From Gnetum montanum (Eukaryota > Plantae > Gnetophyta), in the NCBI GenBank assembly GCA_015680685.1, contig MNCI01003445.1:189776-253775 (forward strand): a DNA stretch of 64,000 bases. Reading direction: 5' to 3'. Of this stretch, positions 1-11,026 are shown piece by piece. Numbering within the stretch: the first letter of the stretch is position 1; every line of letters starts with the position of its first letter. The translations under genes and the position numbers were made by a program. The notes beneath the pieces are model-generated. The model saw only the letters and a list, made by a program, of their open reading frames with translations, made no database searches and was not told the origin of the DNA.

Positions 1-1801
1 AGACCATCGAGAAAGCCAAGTCGAAGCTCCCGAAGCGTGAACGCTCAACAAAGGTGGCCTCCAATGTAGAAGAGCCAAGGGTGAAGCGAATACGGTTCAA
101 AATGCCCGTTCGAGGTAAGTAAGCTTGGCGCACTTATTGCATTATCCTTTTCATGTTATTCATAGTTTTTGTTTTGACCTCTTACATGCAACTAATGCCT
201 TTAGACTTGACTCGCGAAGTGAGGAGACAGGAGTTAGAGACCATTATTGAGGAGGAGGAAGCTACAACGGACTTAATTATTGAGGAGGAAGAGGTGGACA
301 AAGATTAGGTGGAAGGAACGAAAGAGTTGGGAGAAGACACCACAGAGATAGAACTGGTCAATGATCAGGGTGGTGTTAATGAAATGTTCAGTAGCTTCCT
401 TAAGGGAAGGTTGGACCTAGGCGACCCCCCAAACCCAGAAGGGGTCAGAGGAGATGGTATGTTTTCTTTTGTTTTATTGCGTCACTTGGTTAATCATTGT
501 TTCTATGGTGTTTTACTTTTATATTTTTATCCCTTCCAGATGAAGGTAGGATAATTCCTACGATGTGGTTGGAAGTCCCCATGAAGGTGGTTCCCCTTGA
601 AATGCTCCCTGAGGCTAGTCTACCTCGTACTCATAGACCATTTTCTTGGACAGAGATGCCAAGTAAAATAGATTTTGTGACAGGTATCGTCGACGAGGTG
701 TTCAAACATATTCAGGAAGCCCACCCTGAGATAGGTACAAATGTTTCAAGTCTTTTGCAGTTTTCGAGTTTCACACCCCCTTTTTTTCATTTTAATGCTT
801 GTTCTTGTTGTCTACGTAGGAGCCAAGCTGAAGTGGGATCCATCTAAGACCGTTAACATTGAAAGTTTGCCTACACTACCCCCAAAAGTTGAGCAGATAC
901 CAAGGCCAGTCTATGACGAAGTGGCAGAAGGTCTTGTACATAATACCAAATCGCTTTGGACCTGTAGGCATTCCATCAAACAGTTATGGTTGCAAATCCA
1001 AGCAAAGGAAAAAGAAGTTTCCGAGCTATCAGTTGAACGCGATGATCTCAAGGCTCGCTATGAGTTTGCCTCAGCCAGACTAACAGGCGATCGTTCTTGG
1101 CGAACCTCTAAGATCACCTATACTAGATACTGGAACCTGCTCAATCGCCACGTGTCACTGACCCGAAAACTAGCAAAGCGTAAGGCCCAGGTAGACCTAT
1201 TGAACTTCAAGTGCTAGGATTGGAAGGCTTTCGCTTCCAAGGTGCATATGTGGGGTCAAGATGAAAAGAACCACAAGCACCATTACAAGAAATCATTGAA
1301 GGAAGTATCTATTGAAAAGCGTCAACTTGAAATGTTTGTAGAGGACCTGGGTCTATGCTCTACGTTTGATACATTTGCTTAGAATACAACTATTGAGATG
1401 GAATCGCCTACTAGGGTAATCATGACCACTTCTGGTGAGGTTTCTGTGGGTGAATTCCCCTTGAAACATCCTACATGTTCGGCTGTTGACAAGGAGAAGG
1501 CCTTGGCAGATGTCGATCTAGGCCTTGATGGAACTAATTGGGCCAGTGTCTTAGAAGAGGAAATTCTCCGTCAACTGGAATTCGGTTTAGGGGGGTCCCC
1601 TACAGTAAGTATTTTGTTGCCATGAAATTCGTTCATTGAGTAATGTTTGGTAGTTTTCTCTTTTGTTCTTGTGTTGATTGTCTCTTCTGTACTTTATAGG
1701 ATCGAGGCGACGACGATGTTGAAGAAGCTAGCCCTAGTGGAGTAGGGACCCATGATGCTGGTGGATCTAAAGGGGACGACCCTCCTATCGCTGATGTGTA
1801 A
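1..1801 (+). pseudogene. Spliced multi-exon ORF antisense to the retroelement (exons <1-114, 205-456, 540-734, 820-1604, 1700-1801); unknown basic/acidic/coiled-coil protein, >=481 aa, with 3 premature TAG stops
   Basis: Four T-rich GT-AG introns (115-204, 457-539, 735-819, 1605-1699) join the tracked ORFs 309-554, 497-847, 741-1217 and 1398-1625 into one frame ending in TAA at 1799-1801. In-frame TAG at 306, 1215 and 1380. AT-rich 3' UTR-like sequence follows. Confidence 0.8.
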
Positions 1802-2176
1802 TTTTTACCTTGAAATTATTCTAGCTCTCATTTTTACGTGAGTTGTAAATTGAATATTTTGATTTGTATTGGACAGATGAATAGAATCCGTCAACTCTTG
1901 TACTTGTCTAACTGTATATCACTACATGTATATATATATTTCTACATATATTTTTTTGTTGTGGATTTTAAGTTTAAATGTAAACACAACACGGAAATGT
2001 AAAATGTTTTGGTTTGTTTTTGTAGTTTAAGTGTAGTGCACAAATGTAATTATAAGTAGGAATGTAATTATAAGCGAAGGATAATTGCGAAAATTGTTAT
2101 TGGCAACACGACAATGCAAGCGTAAATTCGAACAATGAACTGGAATTCGGGAGAAAAAAAAATGTAGGTAGATGAT

Positions 2177-2390
2177 CTAGTTTTAGGCCATTTCAGGCCA
2201 CATGCACTAGTTTAAGGCCATTTCGGGCCACATGCAGGCAAGGGAAGGTTTGAGCGACACGGGTGGATTTCTCTTGGTGGACCGACCATTTCTGATCGTG
2301 GCTAGTTTTATGTCATTGTGGACATGATAGTTTAACGTCATTCCGGACTTGGAATGTAGTTTAATATTATTTCGGACTGCAAATGTAATT
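2177..2390. repeat. Short tandem repeats between the converging ORFs (30-bp unit x2, then degenerate variants)
   Basis: ctagttttaggccatttcaggccacatgca (2177-2206) and ctagtttaaggccatttcgggccacatgca (2207-2236). Related tagttt..gtcatt..ggac units at about 2302-2390. Confidence 0.75.
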
Positions 2391-5300
2391 TATTGATTTA
2401 GTAATTGTCTGATTTTTCTCATTTTAACGTTAGGAGTAGCGTTAACGGGTATGATTCTATATTCAGCGTCTCCTTTGCTGATCAGGTTGAATGGTAATTC
2501 AGCCTAAGGGACGTCTGATGGAATAGTTCCCGTGTTGGTACTTTCCGACGCTTCTTCATGTATTGTGGTTTCCGTGTCAGTTGTAGTTTCTAAGTGAGGC
2601 TATGTATGTATGATTTCAGGTTCGGGTATTTCTGTGTTAGGTAAATTTTCCTTTGTGTCTAAGAGATTATCGCCTACTGGTTGTTGTTCATTTTTATTAT
2701 CTTGTTTAGGCTCTTTGAGCTTAACCTCTGAGCCTTGATCTGTATCTGTATACGATGAGATGGTAGGTGTAGCAGCCTCCCCATGTATAATGATTTCACC
2801 ACCTTCATAAGGCAGGTGAATTTCTTGGTGTATGGGGGAAGAGACTGCTTTCAGCTGGGCTAACCAGGGCCTTCCCAATATTAGGTTGAATCCTGGCATT
2901 TCATTGATTACCACAAAGTCGACGGATGTGGGGAATTGATCCCCTACTATAAAGTCCAAAGTCACTGTGCCTTTGACTATTACGCACGATCTGCTGAACG
3001 ATTTCAAACATGTGGTGGTGGTTGGTTTTATTAGCTCCGTAAGCCCCAATTGTTCGATGATGGGATATGGCACTACGTTTGTGGCGGCTCCATCATCTAC
3101 ATGGACCCTATGTATTTTGAATTGATTTATTTGTATTGTTATGAACATGGGCACGATTGTTACCTCTCCCGTTTTCTGATCCACTTTGATGTTGTTATTG
3201 TGAAAACTTAATGGCTTAGGAGTTGACCCTTGGGGCGAGTACATTACCGCATGAATTGAAGGTTCATTTGGAGGCAAGTCTTCACTTACTGGGATAGATG
3301 TTAACATGTGAACTAGAGCTTCACGATGGGTTTGAGATGTTAACACTAGGTCGTATAAGCTCAGTGACGTGTTTTTTTGTTTGAATGCCTGCGTGACCTA
3401 CGTTAGAGCTGTTGCTAGGTCTCTACTGTTGGGCGTATGTTTGTCGGCAGTGATTTGGTCCATTGGGCCTAATAGTTTTATTTCATGCATATTTGGTTTG
3501 TCATTTTTACTCGGGATCATTGATTTGGGCATATCATGTTTTCCATATGATTCACCCTCATAGCCAATGTTTGGTTTATCGTTATGTGGTGTCATGGGTA
3601 CTGCATTTAGTGGGGTAGGTTTAGGAGGTCCTATGGCTAGCCATTGATGCTCCTTCTCCAAGCGTTCGCGTGTAAGTTTATCTGCTAGGTGTTCTCGTGT
3701 GTGGCATGGGGATGCAGTTGGTTTCAGGGACTCAGGTTGCTTTGGAACCCGTACTACATATGGAAAAGGGCGGGTTTGCGATTGGACGGTTGCATGCGGT
3801 TGAGTGCCAGGCTAGCTGGGCAACTTGATGACATAGGGACTCGGTCTATTCTGTGTTTGCGAAGTGGAGGACTGGTGGTCACCAGGACGTTTGGATGTCC
3901 TAACGACGTATGGGGTTGATCTAGCTAGAGGTTGGACCTCCGTTGTTGCGACTGCAAGTGGTACTTGGACTACGTAGGGGGCGGGCCGAATAGAAGGTGT
4001 TTGTGAGTTTGGGGTAGTAGCGGCGGGAGGTATGTGCACTACGTATGGTTTTTCGCGTGTTGGTGTGATGGAAGTTGCTACGGTGGGGGGAATTTGGATG
4101 ATGTAAGGTTTCTGTGGGGAATATGATGGTTGAGGCACAAATGTTTGTACAGTGGAAGGGATACGCACTACAAATGGTTTATTAGGTACTTGCTGCTCGT
4201 GATCGGAGAGGATGGTGTTAATCCTAGGTGTTTCTGGTTCGTTGTCAAAGTAGATGGTGTTAATTGTATATGGTGCTTCTTTAACGTTTAGAGGATCTTT
4301 GTATACGCCCATGGCCTAGTTTTGCGGTTGGACCAGGTTGGCTTCATCGAAAGTGATTTGACCTCCGTCGATCATCCGTTGGATGTCTTGTTTTAAGGTG
4401 AAACAATAATCAGTTCCATGCCCATTACGCTGATGATAATCGCAAAAATGATCCATCCTAAAGCCTTTTGGAACTGGGGGCTCATCGGGCGTTGCCAGGC
4501 TTGGGTTCTGAACCAGTTGACAAAACCGATCATGCCTTTGGATCGCTGAACTGTTTATGTTTCATTAGTCTGGCTTTCAAGAGTTAGTCAAATAGTTGCG
4601 ATGGCTTCATGGGTAGTGGCGTGTATTAGGAGGGGTCCTTCCTCTCAAACTTTCTCATACGACCTGGTGTTGGATTTTGTGATGCGGATGCTTCTGGTGC
4701 GGTCGCGGGAGTGGGTTTAGCGTAATTAGCAGGGGCAACAAGTGGTTTGCCTTGTTGTGTTTCTGCTACAACTGCTATAGTCATTTTAACCTTTTCTTTA
4801 TCTTTCTTACTATGTTGATTCTTAAAAACTGAATATGCATGATCATGGCTATTTTGTGCTACCTCCTCTATGCTCTTGATCTGTACGAACGCTTGACTCA
4901 GAGTGCGTGCATTGAGATAATATAGTTTGGATTTGACAAAATCATTGATAGCCCCTTTTAGAATGGTGAGGAGATACGTCTCTGGGATCAGCTCGTGGAG
5001 CTCATTGAGAGCAACACTCCACCATTGGATGAATTTTTGGACAGGTTCAAAAGGTGCTTGTTTGACCTGTATGAGGCTATCCAGTGTTGTTTCAGGCTTC
5101 AAGTTATACTTGAACCTGGTAATGAATTGGTGTAATAAATCTTCCAGAGAAGATATTAAGCTTCGTGGCAAGGCCCAGTACCAATCAAGTGCTCTCCCAA
5201 TGAGGGACATGGGGAACACTTGTAGAATGGCATGTGGCCATGCCTGAAGTAGCACGCACTCTAGTCTAAATGTTATGAGGTGGGCGTTGGGGTCTGTCTC

Positions 5301-6563
5301 CCCATTGTATTTAGTTAGCATGGGTAAAGATATACCCTTGGGTAATGTTAGAGGCGGAACTGAAGAGCTGATAAGGTCATCATGATAGAAGTCCACTACC
5401 TTGAACTCTCCGTCGGTAGCTGTCTTGAGGCGTTTGACCTCGTCAGTTAGTTCCTGCATTAGTTTTTTAGCATCAGCCCAATCTTGGGCATTAGGCGAGA
5501 TAGTAGGTTGTGGATGTTGCATTGTATACAGGTTAGACTGTTGGACAGTGGGCTGGAACGAAGAAAGTTGTGTGGTGGGAGGCTATGCTTGCGGAATATT
5601 TGTAGCAGATGGTACTAGGGGCAACACATTATAGGCAAGGGGTTGTTGTTGTTGTGGTTGTCCTTGAGGGATGTTAGCTGGTGGAATTGTGTAAGGCGGT
5701 ATGTTATAGTAAGGGAATTGATGCGGTTGAGCACCAACCGCTGCCCATTGGCCAGTCATGCTTTGCATAGGGGCACTCTGAACTAGTTGAGTTATAGCGG
5801 TGAAAGGGGCTCCTTGGGTTTGGACCCGGGGGATATAATGAATAGACATAAAAGCTGGTATCACATGGGGCATCCCGATCACTCGGGGCTAGAAGGTTGC
5901 TCCTACATTATTTTGAGGAGATTGTATTTGTAAGAATGAGGCTACTGTTGTAACAGGGGGAATAACAAGGGGAAGTGTGTTGAGTTGTGAATCGGTTACA
6001 AGAGGAATATGAACAAGTGTGGATGATTCTTGCTGAGGTATTTGTGCTTGGGTAAATTTAAATGGTTGAAGGGACGTAATTTCCCCTGTGACTGGATGAA
6101 ACAATGGGTTTGCATAGGTTTGTGGACTAAGAGTATGGTATGAATCCTCATGCTCAGATTGGGCTGTGAAATCATCCTCCTCTTCTAATTGAGGATTTAC
6201 CACAAGCTGATCTAAATACTGACTCCTTTGTAGGAGAAGTTGTGTGATGAGCTCTGAGTAATGCTTTGGGAGTAGGATGATATCATAAGGGAAAGGAATG
6301 AACTCATGTCCTTCCCTATGGAAGAGTTCGTATTGTCTCTTAACCTCCATTTCAGTTTGGTCCACGGCTAGGCCGGCTTGCATTTTCACACATATGAAAT
6401 TGTATTGGTCCTGAGTTATAATATTAAATGATGGGTTCCTCCCTTGCAATCTAAGAGACCGGCGAGGCCCTACTGTAGGTTGTACCACAGGTTGTTGAAC
6501 AGCCATGGTGCCTACGATGTCTGTGATTGGCTTGGTTGCAGTGTTGGAGTTTGCAATGTTCAT
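2390..6563 (-). pseudogene. gag: Gag-protease polyprotein (about 1390 codons) interrupted by 7 TAG stops and one frameshift
   Basis: ORFs 5889-6587, 5583-5882 and 4626-5522 share one frame; 3812-4312, 3398-3661 and 2600-3346 share another (shift near 4500-4640). Motifs: KYNGETDPNAHL...FPMSLIGRALDWY (Gag), CDYHQRNGHGTDYC (4403-4444), SLYDLVLTSQTHREAL, VHVDDGAATNVV...ILGRPWL (protease). Confidence 0.88.
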
Positions 6564-6699
6564 GGTGGGCAGTTGAGAATACGACACAGTGAAGGGATAT
6601 GAAACTAGTATACTTAGTACGGGTATACTGAGTATGGCGTAAACCTACGTTCGCTGGGTACAGCATATAGACTGGAACTCAGCGTATAGGCTTCAATGA

Positions 6700-7150
6700 C
6701 CAGCGTATAGTGACAGCGTATAGGTATACCTTAAAATGTGTAGGCAGAGCAGCGTACAGCGTAAGGTAAGTAGCATAGACAGTCTACAGTGTAGAGCATA
6801 CAACGTATACGTCAGCAGTGTAGACAGAGTTTACGGCGTAGAGCGTACAACGTAAACTCAATAGCGTAGACAGAGTCTACAGCATAGAGCGTACAATGTA
6901 AACTCAACAGCATAGACAGAGTCTACAGCGTATGCTAAGTAGCGTAGATGGAATCTACAACGTAGAGCGTACAGCGTATACGTCAACGGCGTGGACAGAG
7001 TCTACAGCATAGAGTGTACAGCGTGGACAGAGTCTATAGCGTAGAGTGTACAGCGTATACGTCAACAGCGTAGACAGAGCCTACAGCTTAGAGTGTGTAG
7101 CGTATACTGAGCGGCGTAGATAGAGTCAGCATATACTCAACAGTGTAGAC
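6700..7150. repeat. Degenerate tandem array (about 45-bp unit, cagcgtagacagagtctacagcgtagagcgtaca...) in the element 5' UTR
   Basis: Roughly ten recurrences of gtagacagagtctacagc / gcgtacagcgta. Confidence 0.85.
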
Positions 7151-7271
7151 GCTAGGGATTCTGTAGACAAGAATGTCAACCCGAGAATTTCAGAACTAGG
7201 TTTAGTGTCAATGCAACGTGAGTCTAAGAAGATCTAGGTATGAAAGAACAGTAAGTTTTAAGTAGTTTCAG

Positions 7272-7289
7272 GCCCTCCTTCTAGCGCCA
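7272..7289 (-). promoter_or_regulatory. Primer binding site complementary to the 3' end of plant cytosolic tRNA-Asn(GUU)
   Basis: Minus strand reads TGGCGCTAGAAGGAGGGC, 5 nt inside the LTR end. Plus strand gccctccttctagcgcca matches the tRNA-Asn 3' end plus CCA as I recall it. Confidence 0.8.
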
Positions 7290-7294
7290 ATTTC

Positions 7295-8594
7295 TGTACC
7301 GTCCGAAATCGTCGATCTCCAATTGGAATGAAACAGAAACCTAGAGATCTCTGGACAACACAGAAGACCCTACCTTCGCTTGAGGGCAAGTTGAAATTAC
7401 GAAGGCAAAGTACCTTGAATGGTCTGCACGCGGATCAGGCAAGGATTTCCCCGAACGTACACCGATATGCTATACGCTAGGTTATGTGTAAACGGCATAA
7501 CGAATGTAAAACTGAGCGTAAACGTACAAGAGCGTAAACAGTAAACATGCAACAATGAATGAAAAACTGTAACAGATTTCAACAGAGAAATGTAGCAATA
7601 TTATTGCGAAATGAAAGTTACAATGCACCGGTCTAACGCAGTTGTGACTCTGACACAAGGCGGACGAATAGCCCCAGTGGAAGCAAGGATGACTATGTGC
7701 TAGGTTCAACTGCAGGCACAGCATAAAAACTGTATGCTCAGCATGCAGGGTCAAAATTCAGCGTACAGGGTTTCTGCTCTATTTCTTTGGTTTCTCAGCG
7801 TCTCTGGTTTTTGTCTTTGGTTTGTTCAAAATTGCCAACCCCGATCTAATGAAAAATTGGGGTTTTTATACAGGTTTAGACGTTAGAATCGGGTTGGGTG
7901 ACATGTGGCATGTTGACTGAGTGCAAGAGAACGAAATGTTACAAGTGTACAACGTGCTACATCTGCTGGGCATATACGCTATATCTGTTGGGCGTAGACC
8001 CTGGGTGTATACGCTGTGGATGCATGCTTGGCATATACGCTGGGCGTGCAGGATGTACATGCTCAGCGTATGAACTCCAAAATGCATGATGTTAACACCT
8101 GATGATTGCTCTGTTCATGTGAGTTAATGCCTTGTACCGAATCTTGCTCTAAAGTGTTGTTTCCGTGCCATCTTCGGGGATTGCGTGCCGGGCGTATACA
8201 CTAGTCATACATGCTGAGTGTACATGTGAGGTGTGTACGCTGGGTATATACACCGAGCGTATACGCTGGGAATGTTGGGTGTATACGTTGTTCCTGTTGG
8301 GCGTATACATTGGGCGTATATGCTGAGAATGCATACTTGGGCGTATATGTTAGGCGTATACACTGAGAATGCATACTTAGTGAAGACTAAGTATTTTGAG
8401 CTCCGAAGTTGCCATTTTTTGGTAGCAGATGTGGTCGTGGTCGTCGGTGGGTTCCAGGGAACTGTTCTTCATTGAGTTCGATTCTGCTTGAAGCTGTTTG
8501 TGGGGCCCTCAAGCTCTAGTCATGCTGGGGAACGTCATGACTTAGCTAGATTCTAGTTGGGAAAGTACTAAGCTCAGAATTTTGTGGTGTTTCA
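7295..8594 (-). repeat. 5' LTR (1300 bp) of the Tat-lineage element
   Basis: TG...CA termini. Element-strand start TGAAACACCACAAAATT resembles the solo LTR at 21814 (TGAAGCACCACAAAATT). Internal gggcgtatacgct repeats at about 7960-8380. Confidence 0.8.
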
Positions 8595-11026
8595 ATGAAC
8601 ACTTTGAAAATATTTGATGATGAACCTTAACTTAGTGCTGATCTTGTGCAAGAGATGAGAGATCTCCATGCACAAGTAAAATCAAATCTTGAGAAGAAGG
8701 TTAAAGAGAGAGTCCTCAAGAGAAATGAGGGCAAAAAAAAGTAAAATTTTGCTATTAGTGACTTGGTTTGAGTGCACTTAAAGGAGAAGTAGCTGAGAGG
8801 TGTCAACTTCTCCAAGATAAAAGCCAAGAAGATGGGGCCTTTTAGAATTAAGAACAAGATTAATGATAATGCTTTTGAGATTAACTTACCAAGCATTGTT
8901 TGATTTGTCTTTTGCATTTAATGATTTAAATTTTGTGCACTATCCTCTGCATTGGGAGGATCAATTTTTTTATAATGTTGTATAGGTCCATGAAACCAAA
9001 CTTCATGAGTGGGGGATCACTTAAACCCCTACTCCTTTGTTCACATGAGTTTACTTTTTAAAGCATGGTGATGAAGCATCATTTTGTCAATTATATCAAT
9101 CGATTGTGATATTGTAGATGCTACATCACATCTACATCAATACATCCCCGTCTACACATCTTAATTAGTTGCTACATCGTAGATGCTACATTGCATCTAC
9201 TATATCATAGATGCTACATTACATCTACTATAACTTAGCTATGTTGACGCATCCCTGTTGATGTAGTTAAATATGTTAACACATATGTTTCAATATAATG
9301 CCTTTATTTGCCTGTATATATGCAAGCATCCATTGCATATTTGGCACTGTTTGATTAATAGTGTAGACAAAATCTTGTAGTTTTTTTCATGATCTTAGCA
9401 ACTAGTCAAGGAATGCTCACAGTGTGGATTTGAGTTAATTGTAAGGCATCTTATTCGAGTGGCATTATACCTAGACATATCCCATGAATGGCAATAAGAT
9501 CAAGATTGATTCATATTCATTGAAGTACTTTAACTTAGAATAGATCTATTTTCAATGCAATTTATTTTTTGTGTTCTTAGTTAATATTTATATTTTTATA
9601 CACATTAATCAATTGGTAGACTGAGCATGATCAATTTTGAGCATAAACACATTTGCTTGGTAATCCCAGTAGCATTATTACTTGGCTCGCCAAGTAGCAT
9701 AATGCTTGGCAATCCTAGTAGTGAGTATGTGAGTTCAAGACATGTACGACAAGCTAGGAACTCACACTCATCACCCTTAGGATAGCTTAGGATTTATCTT
9801 ATTGTTATTAATTAGATTAAATAATTAATTTTTATACTTTCATATAACTTAGTCATAGTTGCACAATATCAATAATCATATGCCTCACTTTAAACTAAAC
9901 CATACATGAGAAAGCTACCACTAGTCCAAGTGAAAATAAGTGACCTATTATCAATAATTAATGATCTAGATACCACACTAGTTCCATCCATAGAATTTGA
10001 TCGGATCATGTATATACGCTTGTGATTCTTATGGTTGGGTGTAGGGGACACTTGATGCTCATTAGGTGGGAGAGCTAGTGTAGGGATACCTCTTTCAATA
10101 TCCTTTTTCTCTTCCCTACATGTAGTTTTGTAAGGCTCAAGCTTTGTAGACATCTTGCCTAAGATTTGGGCTTTCAAAGAAGATGTCTAGAAGATTCTAA
10201 AGACATCTTGACTATGCAGGGGAAGTCTTGGATGAGATGTCCCAATTTTATTGAGATGTCTTAGCTCTTTGTAAGATGTCTCATAGATTGGTAAGACATC
10301 TTAGCTAAGACATCCCAAGTTGAGTTGAGATGTCTTAGCTATTATGGAGATGCCTTAGGCTAAAGTGAGATGTCCCACTTGCAAGTCTGGTTTTTTAGCG
10401 ATATGGCCCAGAAATACTAGATATGACCCAAACAAGTAGGGAAACTTTCAAAATTACTCATTGTAATTTAAAAAATATCCAAAATGATCAAGAAAAAGAT
10501 AGAGGCATCGTGAGATCTTCAAGTTGAGCTTGAGGATGTTTTCTAGGCTTTTTATTTTATTGTGTCAATAAATATTGGTGTTATTTCATGCTTGTATTAC
10601 CATGAGAATTGTTCATGAGATGAGCTTGAGCAAGAATGTGAGAAAGCACATTAAGTGAGTACATATGTGGTTACAACTCTAAGGTAAAGTATGTTGTATA
10701 TTGGCCTATGTGTTCTTATATCTTACTTATGTGTTGAGATCTCAAGCTCAAGTTGTGGAAGAGATTCTCTATTGGTTATGTCTTGCATTGAGAATAGTCA
10801 TTGTGTGGTTCTAAAGCCTCATACTTTGCAACATCGTTTGAGTATTTTTAAAGGATTGTTGGATATTTTATAGGTTGTGGAACCTTCTTATAATCTTCTC
10901 TTTCAATAATTCAAGATAGATAGTTTTCTTATTTTCTAGCATATTATTTGTTTTTTCATAATATCTAGATTTAATGAGATTGAAGGTGATTTTCCATTAA
11001 AGTGAACTTGCTTCAAGCATGCATCA
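8595..11026 (+). mobile_element. Degenerate chromovirus 3' end: integrase C-terminus (about 8595-8950), PPT region, 3' LTR (about 10077-11026)
   Basis: LVQEMRDLHAQVKSNLEKK and KMGPFRIKNKINDNAFEINLP resemble 57200-57540. 10670-10850 resembles the LTR at 49300-49480. Ends gcatca at 11026. Confidence 0.7.
9069..10064 (+). mobile_element. Athila-like solo LTR inserted into the chromovirus PPT
   Basis: Starts TGATGAAGCATC and ends GATGCTCATTA. Reverse-complement homologue of the LTRs at 32056 and 43715, and similar to 63287-63943. Imperfect flanks CATGG/GGTGG. Confidence 0.72.

Larger units (their letters stand above)
1..8594 (-). mobile_element. Non-autonomous Ty3/gypsy LTR retrotransposon, Tat lineage (Gag-protease only, plus probable antisense spliced ORF); 3' end lies left of the window
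   Basis: 5' LTR 7295-8594, PBS 7272-7289, tandem-repeat 5' UTR, Gag with retrotrans_gag-like core and CCHC-type knuckle, aspartic protease (DDGAATN). No RT/RH/IN between the protease and position 1801. Inserted into a chromovirus integrase remnant starting at 8595. Confidence 0.85.

Noticed and set aside
6700-7150. Possible CRISPR-like repeat-spacer array
   Set aside because: No unique spacers, degenerate units, eukaryotic retroelement context and no cas genes.
7266-7289. tRNA-Asn gene
   Set aside because: Only the 3' ~20 nt including CCA are present, adjacent to an LTR, so this is a PBS.
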